Positions 32,226 to 41,692 of a stretch of 59,827 nt of DNA are shown here, piece after piece (the first letter of the stretch is position 1; each line of letters starts with the position of its first letter). Position numbers and translations under genes: made by a program. The stretch spans positions 1-59,827 of the forward strand of contig CAWGSK010000022.1 in assembly GCA_963825055.1 (NCBI GenBank), in the 5' to 3' direction. The DNA is from an uncultured Gemmatimonadales bacterium. GTDB taxonomy: Bacteria; Gemmatimonadota; Gemmatimonadetes; Gemmatimonadales; GWC2-71-9. The notes below the pieces were generated by a model that saw only the letters and a list, made by a program, of their open reading frames with translations, had not been told where the DNA came from and ran no database searches.

Positions 32226-33640
32226 TGCCGCGGGGTCGCGCCCCGGTCCAGCCGGGCCGTGACCCGCCGCCGCCGGATCGTGCGGCCCATGAGATTCCGC
32301 GCAATGGTCTCGGCCTCCCCGGCCGGGACCTCCACCAGCGTGTACAGCTCGCGGATATCCACTTTCCCGATCTTCCCCCGGTCCACGCCCACCTCGCGGG
32401 TGAGCGTGCCGACGAGGTCGTTCGCCGTAGCTCCGTCCTTCCGTCCCACCCCCACCCAGATCCGCGCGTTATCGCCCGTCGCGCGCTCCGGCGCACGCGC
32501 GGCTGCGGGCGCGATCGGGCGGCCCTCGGCCTCGGTCCACAGCTGGTAGATCGCCGCGGCCACGTCGGCCGGGTCGTGCCGGTCGAGCAGCGGGCCGAGG
32601 GCCAGGTGGGCGCCGTCCAGGCCACCGGCCTCCACGGTCCGACGGATCATGGCGCGACGTTCGGTGGCGCGCTGGGCCGCCGCCCCGGCGGCATCGGGCA
32701 GACGGAGCGGACTCACCGGTGCGGCGGTCCGGGCGACCCAGTCACGTCCGTGCGGCGGCACCAGCAGGATCACCGGACCGGAGGCGATGAGCTGGCGCAG
32801 CCGGCTCGCATCCGGCAGGTCCAGTGCGATGACGACATCGCCGTCCGGTGCCTCGCCGCCGGTGATGGCCACCTCGCCGTGCGGCACGGCCCCGGCCCGG
32901 GGATCGGGCCAGGCGGTCCAGACCACGGGACTGGAAGGGTCGAGTGTCTCGATGACGGAGGCGAGGACCCGGGTGCGATCGCCCCAGGCGGCGGTCACGA
33001 TCCGGACTGGCCCGGCGGGAGGCACCGGTTCCTGGTCCGGCGCGGGCAGCCCGAGCGTCAGGGCTTTCCGCGCATACCGCTCGACCAGGGTCCATGATGT
33101 GTCGGGCTTCCCGGTATAGACGAGCCGCTGCGCGTCGCCGGGAAGGTCCTGCATGAGCGGCGCGATCTGTTCCGCGTCGTCCCAGGTCTCGGGCCACGCG
33201 AGGAAGAGGGCCGGCAGGGCGTCCATTTTGAGGGCGGAGCGCCGGACCAGGTCGAGTGCGGTCTCGGGGGTGGCGACGAGAATGTCGAGGGAGCGGTCGC
33301 GGAGGCGGCGCGCGGCACGGGAGGGCCCGTGGGCCGCGTGGATCCGGAGGCCGGTGCCGCGGACGAGGGCGCCCAGCGCGGCGCGCCATTCTTCGAGGGC
33401 GCTGGCGGCGGCCAGGATAAGGAGCCGGGGGGTCGCGTCGGAGCCCGCCGTCGCGCTCAGCGCGGCTGCCACGGCCGGAACGGCATACACCGCGGCCGGC
33501 GGTGCCAGCGCCACGATGTTGTGGCCGCGGGCCGCGGTCGGCAGCAGTTCCCGCAGCAGGTCGTCTGCGGGGGTGTAGCCCAGGCGTTCCAGGGCGGCGG
33601 CCAGTGCCGCCTCCAGGTGCATCTCGCAAAAATCCGACAT
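32222..33640 (-). CDS. Degenerate DEAD-box helicase-like protein with C-terminal DbpA RNA-binding domain
   Basis: ILVATP remnant and IWVGVGRKDGATANDLVG..IGKVDIRELYTLVEV DbpA domain; no GKT or DEAD motif. Confidence 0.75.
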   Translation of the reverse strand: MSDFCEMHLEAALAAALERLGYTPADDLLRELLPTAARGHNIVALAPPAAVYAVPAVAAALSATAGSDATPRLLILAAASALEEWRAALGALVRGTGLRIHAAHGPSRAARRLRDRSLDILVATPETALDLVRRSALKMDALPALFLAWPETWDDAEQIAPLMQDLPGDAQRLVYTGKPDTSWTLVERYARKALTLGLPAPDQEPVPPAGPVRIVTAAWGDRTRVLASVIETLDPSSPVVWTAWPDPRAGAVPHGEVAITGGEAPDGDVVIALDLPDASRLRQLIASGPVILLVPPHGRDWVARTAAPVSPLRLPDAAGAAAQRATERRAMIRRTVEAGGLDGAHLALGPLLDRHDPADVAAAIYQLWTEAEGRPIAPAAARAPERATGDNARIWVGVGRKDGATANDLVGTLTREVGVDRGKIGKVDIRELYTLVEVPAGEAETIARNLMGRTIRRRRVTARLDRGATPRH

Positions 33641-33800
33641 CGTCCCCTCGGTTGTCAAACAGCCACGGCATGGAACAGGGGGTGGAAGCTAAGCCCCCCG
33701 GGCACCGGGGCCAAGGCCGGTTGACATCACCTGCCGGCGGGAAAACCTTTCCCTCCGTTCGCGCGCGGCAACCGGCCGCATCCCTCCGTCCGAGAACGGC

Positions 33801-35012
33801 ATGCCCGATTCCCTGTCCCAGAATGTCGTCCTGCTGAAGGCCTCCGAAACCGTCGCCATCAGCAATGAAGCCAAGCGTCGCAAGGCTGCGGGCGAGAACG
33901 TCCTCGACCTCGGCGTCGGCGAGCCCGACTTCGACACGCCCCAGGCGGCGGCGCAGGCCGGCATCCGCGCGATCCAGGAAGGGAAGACGCGCTACCCGCC
34001 CAACATCGGCATCCTGGAGCTGCGCGCGGCGATGGCGGAGCACCTCTCGCTCCTGTCGCACGGCCGGCCGGTCAACCCGGACAACCTGATCATCAGCTCC
34101 GGGTCCAAGCAGGCCATCTTCAATGCCTGCTTCTGTCTCTTCGGCCCGAAGGACCGGGTCCTGATCCCGTCACCGGCCTGGGTGTCCTACCCGCAGATCA
34201 TTCACCTGTGCCGCGCGGAGCCGGTGGCGGTCCCGGGCGACCCGGAGTGGGGCCTCAAGGTGAGCGTGGCGGACCTGGAGCGCCACACAAACAAGCTCAC
34301 CCGCGGGCTCATCCTCTGTTCGCCGTGCAATCCCACCGGCGCCGTCTATACGCTGACCGAACTCAAGTCCATTGCGGAATGGGCGAAGAAGAACGACGTG
34401 TGGATCATCGCGGACGAGATCTACCGCCGCATTCACTACGGATCGGGCGCGGCGCCCTCGGTGCTCGACCTCCCGGACGAGCTGCTCGAGCGCACGGTGG
34501 TCATCTACGGGGCCAGCAAGGCCTATGCGATGACCGGCTGGCGGATCGGCGGCGCGCTTGCCCCCGGCTTCCTCGCCAGGAAGATGGCCGCGCTCCAGTC
34601 GCACACCACCACCGGCGCCAACCACCCGGCGCAGTGGGCGGCGGCGGCGGCGTTCAGCAGCCCGGAGGTGGAGGCCGACCTCGTGCGGATGGTGCAGGCG
34701 TTCCGGGCCCGCCGGGATCGCGTGGTCGAGCGCTTCCGCACGGAGGCGCCCGGTGTCGAGTTCGTGGATCCGCACGGCGCGTTCTATTTTTTCTTCCGGG
34801 TGGACGGGATCTCCGGCGAGGACGACTTCGGCGGGATGACCTTCTGTGAGCGCCTGATGCAGGAGGAGGGCGTGGCCCTGGTCCCCGGCGCCGCCTTCGG
34901 GGACGATCGCTGGGTCCGGCTCAGCTACGCCGTGGGCGACCGGGAACTGGACGATGCGCTTGACCGGATCATCCGCTTCATTCACCGGCAGGAATCGGCG
35001 GCGGCCGCATGA
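33801..35012 (+). CDS. PLP-dependent aminotransferase class I/II (aspartate aminotransferase type)
   Basis: GEPDFDTP, SPCNPTG, DEIY, SKAYAMTGWRIG. Confidence 0.95.
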   Translation: MPDSLSQNVVLLKASETVAISNEAKRRKAAGENVLDLGVGEPDFDTPQAAAQAGIRAIQEGKTRYPPNIGILELRAAMAEHLSLLSHGRPVNPDNLIISSGSKQAIFNACFCLFGPKDRVLIPSPAWVSYPQIIHLCRAEPVAVPGDPEWGLKVSVADLERHTNKLTRGLILCSPCNPTGAVYTLTELKSIAEWAKKNDVWIIADEIYRRIHYGSGAAPSVLDLPDELLERTVVIYGASKAYAMTGWRIGGALAPGFLARKMAALQSHTTTGANHPAQWAAAAAFSSPEVEADLVRMVQAFRARRDRVVERFRTEAPGVEFVDPHGAFYFFFRVDGISGEDDFGGMTFCERLMQEEGVALVPGAAFGDDRWVRLSYAVGDRELDDALDRIIRFIHRQESAAAA

Positions 35013-35560
35013 GCCCAAGGCTGATGAGCCTTGAAGCGCGCGTGGAAGCCCTGCACGGCGCGCTCCCTTCCATATCCTGGCGGTGGGACCCCGAGACGGA
35101 CATCCTCTCCGGCGCCTTTCGCGAGGATGCCCCCGACGACGACGGCTTCCGCGGCATGGTGGAGTTGACCGACGACAAGGGCTCCGTGATCGTGCTCGAC
35201 TTCGGGCGCGGGATGCTGAGCGGACTGGATGTCGTGGTCTGGCCCCCCGTGGAGTCCGACGCGGGACTGGTGCCGCCCCCCACCGGGAGCGACGCGCGGG
35301 TGATCCTGCCGCGCCGTGCCCCGCAGCGCGGGCCCGAGTCGCGTGAGGTGGAGACGCCCCTCCGGGTCAAGGCCAATCCGCGCCAGACGGTCTTCCACCT
35401 GCAGGTCGGCGAGGCGCCGCGTGCCCGCACGGTGCGCCTCGCGGAACGCTTCCTCGTCGAACTGGACGATGCGGGGCGCCTGGCCGGGTTCTGGCTGCTC
35501 GACGTCGAGGCCTTCCCGCTCGAGCTCGACCTCGAATCCGACCCGTCCGACCTGGCCTGA
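35009..35560 (+). CDS. Hypothetical protein, possibly two DUF2283-like repeats
   Basis: ATGA overlap with the aminotransferase; two similar halves ending VLDFGRGMLSGLDV and VELDDAGRLAGFWL. Confidence 0.7.
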   Translation: MSPRLMSLEARVEALHGALPSISWRWDPETDILSGAFREDAPDDDGFRGMVELTDDKGSVIVLDFGRGMLSGLDVVVWPPVESDAGLVPPPTGSDARVILPRRAPQRGPESREVETPLRVKANPRQTVFHLQVGEAPRARTVRLAERFLVELDDAGRLAGFWLLDVEAFPLELDLESDPSDLA

Positions 35561-35831
35561 GCGGCCTGCCGCGGGGCTCCCGACCGCAGGTTCCCGGAAC
35601 TCCCGCGCGCCAGTCGAACGCCTGGGCACCATGGTGTCTCCTGGTGCCCCATGGCGGCACCAAACTCTTGACAAGACGCCCAAAGAGCGCAAGTGTGAAC
35701 GCGTCCCTTCACGACGACGGTAGCGCAGACGCCCTTCATGCCCCTGCCGGCACCCGCGCCGGTCTTGGTTGAAGTTCTCCTGAGCGGAACCCTCCGCCCC
35801 GCAGCGCCAGCACATTCAGCCTTGTCCTCCC

Positions 35832-35874
35832 CGGCTCCGGTCAACTCGAGTGTCTCGAGTGTTGACCGGAGCCG
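35832..35874. promoter_or_regulatory. Long inverted repeat upstream of the cyc2-cox operon
   Basis: CGGCTCCGGTCAAC / GTTGACCGGAGCCG perfect 14-bp arms around an inner CTCGAG palindrome pair. Confidence 0.55.
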
Positions 35875-35931
35875 CAGTTGTATATGACATGCCGGATCCA
35901 GTATCCCGTTTCACCCAGCCCAGGAGGGCGT

Positions 35932-37416
35932 ATGCGCGACGGGTCTGTGAAGAAGGGTCGGCGAGGCTGGTTGCCGGGTTTGCTGCTCTGCAGTGGCCTG
36001 GGCGTGGGGTTGGTCTCGAACCTGGCGGCGCTGGCGCCTCCCAGTAACAGCACGACCCCCGACTACTCCAGGTATGCTGCGTATGTGGTGGCAGCGGGGG
36101 GCGTGGTTTCCACGCCGGCAGGTCTCACGCTGGCGGTGCACCGGACGGCCGCCATCCCCGCGTTTGCGCGGAAGTACAACATGCCGTGCTCGGCATGCCA
36201 CACCGCCTGGCCCGAGCTGAACGCCTTTGGCCAGCGCTTCAAGGACCGGGGCTACCAGCTCGGTAACGACCGTGACTCGCCCATCTGGGTCAACCCGTCA
36301 TACATCCCGTTCGCGATCCGCACGACCCCGGGCTGGCGCATGGAGCGCACCACCGATCAGCCCGTCGACGCCACGCCCGGGGATCCCGGCAGCGGGGTGG
36401 CGGTGCGCACCATCACACAGTCGGGCTTCGATATTTCGGGCGCCGACCTGCTCATGCTGGGGACGCTCTACAAGGACATCAGCTTCGGATTCGTGCCGAC
36501 CGTCGAGGATGGGGAGGGGGTCGGGATCGAGGCCGCCTTCGTCCGTTTCGACAACCTGCTCGGGTCCAGCTGGGCCAACCTGAAGGTGGGCAAGTTCGAG
36601 ATGGACAACATGCTCTCGGAGAAGCGGGGCATGATGCTCTCCAGCAATGGCGCCTTCTACCAGAGTTACCACTTCGTGCCGGTCGGCGACGGGACCGACT
36701 TCGGGCTGGGTGACAACCAGATTGGCGCTGAGTGGCAGGGCCATTCCGACAACAGCTATACCCGGTTCAGTGTCGCGGTTCTGAGCGGGACCGATGGCGT
36801 GCCGGGGCTGGTTGGGGGCAAGGGCTACGACGGCGCCCTCATGTTGAGCCAGGCCTTCGATGCCGGCCGGCTGGGCCTCCAGCGCGTGGGCCTGTACGGT
36901 TACCTCGGGCGACGACCCCTGTCCTTCGAGACCGTCGGCGGGGAGCCCGTGCCGGGGACCGGGACGGACAACAAGTCGTTCTACCGGGTTGGCGCCGTGG
37001 GCGACTTCTTCCTGGGCAGGCTCGAATTTCTCCCCCTGGTCATGCACGCGTCCGACGACAAGGACCTCGCGGGTGGGACCCGGGATGCCACATGGAACAG
37101 CGGCCTGCTGGAAATCCACTACTACGTCAACCCCCAGCTGGTGTTCACCCAGCGCAGCGAGATCATCCGGATGTCCGACCAGGCCGATCCGGGGTTGCCG
37201 AAGACCCTGGGCGATATCGACGCCTTCACCTTCGGCTACCGCTGGTATCCGATCATGTTCAGCCGGGCCGGGCTGGCGATGGTCGGGGAGCTCTCGTTCA
37301 CCAAGACGATCGGCACCATGCCCCTGAGCGAGGACGGGGCCGGCGTCGATCCGCTCACGCCGGGCACGGCCGTACACAGCACCAGCCTGCTTCTCGCTCT
37401 CGACTTCGACTTCTGA
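35932..37416 (+). CDS. cyc2: Cyc2-like outer-membrane monoheme cytochrome c-porin fusion
   Basis: AIPAFARKYNMPCSACHTAWPELNAFGQRFKDRGY matches the Cyc2 N-terminal signature; beta-barrel-like remainder ending LDFDF; AGGAGG RBS before ATG 35932. Confidence 0.8.
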   Translation: MRDGSVKKGRRGWLPGLLLCSGLGVGLVSNLAALAPPSNSTTPDYSRYAAYVVAAGGVVSTPAGLTLAVHRTAAIPAFARKYNMPCSACHTAWPELNAFGQRFKDRGYQLGNDRDSPIWVNPSYIPFAIRTTPGWRMERTTDQPVDATPGDPGSGVAVRTITQSGFDISGADLLMLGTLYKDISFGFVPTVEDGEGVGIEAAFVRFDNLLGSSWANLKVGKFEMDNMLSEKRGMMLSSNGAFYQSYHFVPVGDGTDFGLGDNQIGAEWQGHSDNSYTRFSVAVLSGTDGVPGLVGGKGYDGALMLSQAFDAGRLGLQRVGLYGYLGRRPLSFETVGGEPVPGTGTDNKSFYRVGAVGDFFLGRLEFLPLVMHASDDKDLAGGTRDATWNSGLLEIHYYVNPQLVFTQRSEIIRMSDQADPGLPKTLGDIDAFTFGYRWYPIMFSRAGLAMVGELSFTKTIGTMPLSEDGAGVDPLTPGTAVHSTSLLLALDFDF

Positions 37417-37429
37417 TCAGGAGGCCCGA

Positions 37430-38269
37430 ATGCGTCGCATCATCTTGAGGGCCTGCGCGGCAGGGAGTGTCCTGCTGCTGGCAGCCACCGGCCTCCTTGC
37501 CGCCCAGGCACCGGCCGTCGCTCACGTCGGGAGTGTCACCGGCAACGCCGCGGCGGGTGCGCGCGCCTACCGCCGGTACTGCATCGGTTGCCACGGCCCG
37601 GCGGGCGACGGGGCCGGGGAGAATGCCCAGTGGATCGATCCCAAGCCCCGGGACTTTACGGCCGCCGTGTTCAAGTGCCGCTCCACGCCCACCGGTACCC
37701 TGCCCACCGACGAGGATCTGTACCATTCGGTCTCGCGCGGTTTCGTGACCACCAACATGCCGGCCTGGGATCCCCTGACCCGGCAAAGCCGGGTGGACCT
37801 GGTGGCCTACATCAAGTCACTCTCCCCCCGCTGGGTCCAGGGGCCGGGCACACCGATCACCATCCCGCCGGAACCCGCATTGACCATGGAGAGCATCCTC
37901 CACGGCAGAGAGCTGTTCCAGCAGCTGGAATGCTGGAAGTGCCATGGGCCTGCAGGGCATGGTGACGGTCCGTCGGCCTCAGCGCTGATGGACAGCAAGG
38001 ACAACCCGATCCGCCCGTACAATTTCGCGTCCGGGTCCCGCTTCAAGTGCGGTAACAGCAACGAGGACATGTACCGGGATTTCATGACGGGCCTGGACGG
38101 CACGCCGATGCCGTCGTTCTCCGACAACATCGAGCCCGCCGACGCCTGGGACCTGGTGCATTTCCTCCGGACCCTGCAGCCGCCGCCCTCGCCGGAAGCC
38201 GCGCTGTGGCGGGCCTGGCTGCCCACCCATGCGGGGGACCTCAGCCCTATTGGTCCTGAGGGCCAGTAG
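37430..38269 (+). CDS. Periplasmic diheme cytochrome c
   Basis: Signal peptide; CIGCH..TNMPAW and CWKCH..TPMPSF (His/Met hemes). Confidence 0.92.
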   Translation: MRRIILRACAAGSVLLLAATGLLAAQAPAVAHVGSVTGNAAAGARAYRRYCIGCHGPAGDGAGENAQWIDPKPRDFTAAVFKCRSTPTGTLPTDEDLYHSVSRGFVTTNMPAWDPLTRQSRVDLVAYIKSLSPRWVQGPGTPITIPPEPALTMESILHGRELFQQLECWKCHGPAGHGDGPSASALMDSKDNPIRPYNFASGSRFKCGNSNEDMYRDFMTGLDGTPMPSFSDNIEPADAWDLVHFLRTLQPPPSPEAALWRAWLPTHAGDLSPIGPEGQ

Positions 38270-38302
38270 ATCACCGACTCACACTCTGGAGAAACGACTC
38301 TC

Positions 38303-39022
38303 ATGCGTTCCCCTGTCATCACTTCATTCGCCCTGCTGGCCGTGGCTGCGTCCGTGATGGGCGCCCTGGCCGCGCCGGACAGGAGTGCCGGTTCGATTGA
38401 CGGCACGGTCACCTTTACCGGCAAGCCGCCCAGGATGCGGCCGATCGACATGTCGAAGGAGCCGGGCTGTGCCGCCCAGCACGCGACGCCGGTCCTGAAC
38501 GAGACCATCGTGAGCGGCCCCGGCAACACCGTCCAGAACGTGGTGGTATACATCTCGGCGGGTGACCAGCCCACGCCTGCGCCCACCGAGGCGGTCCGCT
38601 ACGACCAGAAGGGCTGCGAGTACCTGCCCCACGTCGCGGCGATGCGTGCCGGGCAGCCGCTGGAGGTCTACAACGACGACAAGACCTCCCACAACATCCA
38701 CCCGATGGCGCGCGTGAACCCGGAGTGGAACAAGTCGCAGCCGCCGGGCGCGCCGCCGATCAAGACGACCTACGACAAACCCGAGTTCATCGCGGTCAAG
38801 TGCAATATCCACCCCTGGATGCACGGGTACTTTGCCGTGCTCGGGACCTCGCACTACGCCGTCACCGGCAACGACGGGAAGTTCAGCCTGGCCGGGCTGC
38901 CGCCGGGCAAGTACACGGTGACCGCGTGGCATGAAAAGTTCGGGACGCAGAGCCAGGAGGTCGAGGTGACCGCCAGCGGCGCTGTGACCGCGGACTTCGT
39001 GTTCAAGGCGCTGCCGTACTGA
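38303..39022 (+). CDS. Periplasmic cupredoxin-like protein within a carboxypeptidase-regulatory-like fold
   Basis: Signal peptide; SHNIH and CNIHPWM type-1 Cu ligand set; GKFSLAGLPPGKYTVTAWHE. Confidence 0.8.
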   Translation: MRSPVITSFALLAVAASVMGALAAPDRSAGSIDGTVTFTGKPPRMRPIDMSKEPGCAAQHATPVLNETIVSGPGNTVQNVVVYISAGDQPTPAPTEAVRYDQKGCEYLPHVAAMRAGQPLEVYNDDKTSHNIHPMARVNPEWNKSQPPGAPPIKTTYDKPEFIAVKCNIHPWMHGYFAVLGTSHYAVTGNDGKFSLAGLPPGKYTVTAWHEKFGTQSQEVEVTASGAVTADFVFKALPY

Positions 39023-39055
39023 GCGCGCTGGTTCAGGCCTAGCCGGAGAGGCACC

Positions 39056-39856
39056 TTGGGCAAACTGTTCGCCATTGTCCTGACGGTCATCACCGTCACG
39101 ACAGCCGCCATCTTCATGGCCCGCATCTGGTGGCTTCCCCCCGACATCTCCGTGCTCGGCATCGGGATCGACCACCAGATGATGGAGACGATGCTCGCCT
39201 CCGGGGTGCTGTTCATCCTGGCCCAGCTGATGCTGGCGCTCTTCGTCTGGCGCTATCGGGAGCGCGGGGATGGGCGGCCACTCAGGACATTCCCGGGCGG
39301 ATCCACCGCGATGGTGGTCCTGGCCACCGTACTGGTCGGCGCCGAGATCCTGGTGCTGTCGCTCGTGGGGACCAAGGTCTGGGGCCAGATCTTCCTTGCG
39401 CCGCCCAACCCCGCTGCGGTGAAGATCGACGTGCTGGCGGAGCAGTTTGCCTTTTATTTCCGCTATCCCGGCCCGGACGGAGCCTTCGGTGCCGTGCACC
39501 CCGAGCTCATCGACGATGCCAGCGGGAACTTCTTCGGCCTCGACCCTGCGAACGACACCACCGCGCGGGACGACGTCGTCTCCGCCTCGCTGGTCATCCC
39601 GGTCAATACCCCGATCCTGCTCACCATGCACTCGAAGGATGTCGGGCATGCCTTCTTCGTGCCCGAACTGAGAATCCAGCAGGACTTCGTGCCCGGCCTG
39701 GTCATTCCGCTCCAGTTTACCGCGACCCAGCTGGTGAAGAAGGAAATTGTCTGCACCCAGCTCTGCGGGCTGGGGCACTACAGCATGCGGGCCTATCTCG
39801 AGGTCCAGTCGGTGGACCAGTTCCACCAGTGGCTGGTGGACAACTCGCCATTCTGA
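39056..39856 (+). CDS. coxB: Cytochrome c oxidase subunit II
   Basis: TM helices; SKDVGHAF and CTQLCGLGHYSM CuA motif; TTG start. Confidence 0.93.
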   Translation: MGKLFAIVLTVITVTTAAIFMARIWWLPPDISVLGIGIDHQMMETMLASGVLFILAQLMLALFVWRYRERGDGRPLRTFPGGSTAMVVLATVLVGAEILVLSLVGTKVWGQIFLAPPNPAAVKIDVLAEQFAFYFRYPGPDGAFGAVHPELIDDASGNFFGLDPANDTTARDDVVSASLVIPVNTPILLTMHSKDVGHAFFVPELRIQQDFVPGLVIPLQFTATQLVKKEIVCTQLCGLGHYSMRAYLEVQSVDQFHQWLVDNSPF

Positions 39857-39882
39857 TCGTCTTTCCCTGAGAGGCCAGGCAC

Positions 39883-41691
39883 ATGCGTGATACTCCGGCG
39901 CAACCCGTACACAGTCCGGGTGAAACCTACGAGTACATCGCCCAGCTGAAGCACGCCCCGCCAACGGGATTCCTCCGGAAGCATGTGTTCAGCCTGGACC
40001 ACAAGGTTATCGGCAAGCAGTACCTCGACCTGGCGCTGGTGGCCGTGGTGATCGGCATGGCCCTCTCGTGGCTGATGCGCTTCCACCTGGCGTATCCCAG
40101 CACGCCGGTGCCCGGCCTGGGCACGGTGGCGCCCAACGGTGCGGCGGGTGGCGTCATGACGCCGGAACTGTACCTCTCCCTCATGACCATGCACGGCACG
40201 ATCATGGTGTTCTTCGTGCTGACGACCGCGCCCTTTGCCGGGTTCGGCAACTTCATGCTGCCCATCCAGATCGGCGCGGAGGACATGGCCTTCCCCCGCT
40301 TCAACATGATGTCCTTCTGGGTGACCTGCCTCGCGCTGCTCGTGCTGCTGGCCGCGTTCTTCGTTCCGGAGGGCCCGCCCCTGTCGGGATGGACCGCCTA
40401 TGCTCCGCTCAGCGCGCTGGGCAAGGATGCCGGCCCGGGGCAGGGGACGGGGCAGACGCTGTGGGCCGTGTCCATCGCCATCTTCTGCGTCGGCCAGTTG
40501 CTGGGTTCCCTCAACTTCATCGCAACCACGCTGGACCTCCGCACCAGGGGGATGACCTTCTCCCGCCTGCCGTACTCCACCTGGGCCTGGTTCATCACCT
40601 CGGTCATCGGCCTGATCGCCTTCTCCGTGCTGCTGCCCGCCTGCGTCATGCTCATCCTGGACCGGGTCGCGGGGACCAGCTTCTTCATTCCCGGCGGGCT
40701 GGTCGTCAGTGACCGGCTGCAGCCCCATGCGGGCGGGTCTCCCCTCCTCTGGCAGCACCTGTTCTGGTTCTTCGGGCACCCGGAGGTGTATATCGCGATC
40801 CTGCCGGGATTCGGCATCGTGTCCCATATCCTCCCGGTGTTCGCGCGCAAGCCCCTGCTCGGGCCCAGGGTAGTGATCGCCTGCATGGTCGCGATCGGCT
40901 TCCTCAGCTACACCGTCTGGGGACACCACATGTTCCTGAGCGGAATGAATCCGCTGGCCGCCACCCTGTTCTCCGTGCCCACGCTCGTCATCACCATCCC
41001 CGCGACCATCACGACCCTGCTCTGGATCGGGACGGTGTACGGCGCCAGGCTGCGCCTGACGACCCCAGCCCTGTTCTGTCTCGGGTTCATCTCGGTGTTC
41101 GTGAGCGGTGGCATCAGCGGCTTCTTCCTGGCCCAGCCGTCCATCGATACCTACCTCCACGGTACCTACTTCGTGGTCGGCCACTTCCATTTCGTCATGG
41201 GAGTGGCGGCCATGTTCGGCATCTTCGCGGGCACCTACTTCTGGTTCCCGAAGATATTCGGGCGGATGATGAACGAACCGCTCGGCAAGCTGCACTTCTT
41301 CCTGACGCTGATCGGGGTCTACTGCATCTTCATGCCGATGCACTATCTCGGGCTGGCCGGCAATATCAGGCGCTATTCCGCCTTCACCGACGATTACATG
41401 AAGGGCTCGCTCCCGCTCCACCGATTCATCACCATGGCGGCGCTGTTTACCGGCGCCGTGCAGTTCATCTTCCTCTTCAACCTGGTCTGGAGCCGGATGC
41501 GGGGGGCCAGGGCACCCGACAATCCCTGGCAGGCAACCAGTCTCGAGTGGACGGTGCCCTCGCCCCCGCCGTTCGACAACTTCGGCGGACACCCGCCGGT
41601 GGTGACCCACGGCCCCAACGAGTACGGGGTGAGCGGACCGGACGGCGACTACGTGATGCAGACGTCGGTGACTCCTCCGGCGGCCACCTGA
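39883..41691 (+). CDS. coxA: Cytochrome c oxidase subunit I, A1 type
   Basis: TMHGTIMVF, WFFGHPEVY, VWGHHMF, VVGHFHFV. Confidence 0.97.
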   Translation: MRDTPAQPVHSPGETYEYIAQLKHAPPTGFLRKHVFSLDHKVIGKQYLDLALVAVVIGMALSWLMRFHLAYPSTPVPGLGTVAPNGAAGGVMTPELYLSLMTMHGTIMVFFVLTTAPFAGFGNFMLPIQIGAEDMAFPRFNMMSFWVTCLALLVLLAAFFVPEGPPLSGWTAYAPLSALGKDAGPGQGTGQTLWAVSIAIFCVGQLLGSLNFIATTLDLRTRGMTFSRLPYSTWAWFITSVIGLIAFSVLLPACVMLILDRVAGTSFFIPGGLVVSDRLQPHAGGSPLLWQHLFWFFGHPEVYIAILPGFGIVSHILPVFARKPLLGPRVVIACMVAIGFLSYTVWGHHMFLSGMNPLAATLFSVPTLVITIPATITTLLWIGTVYGARLRLTTPALFCLGFISVFVSGGISGFFLAQPSIDTYLHGTYFVVGHFHFVMGVAAMFGIFAGTYFWFPKIFGRMMNEPLGKLHFFLTLIGVYCIFMPMHYLGLAGNIRRYSAFTDDYMKGSLPLHRFITMAALFTGAVQFIFLFNLVWSRMRGARAPDNPWQATSLEWTVPSPPPFDNFGGHPPVVTHGPNEYGVSGPDGDYVMQTSVTPPAAT

Positions 41692-41692
41692 G

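Noticed and set aside
35668..35718. TTGACA promoter and Rex/CRP-like site TGTGAA..TTCACG upstream of cyc2
   Set aside because: Poor -10 at 17 bp, and half-site spacing matches neither Rex nor CRP.
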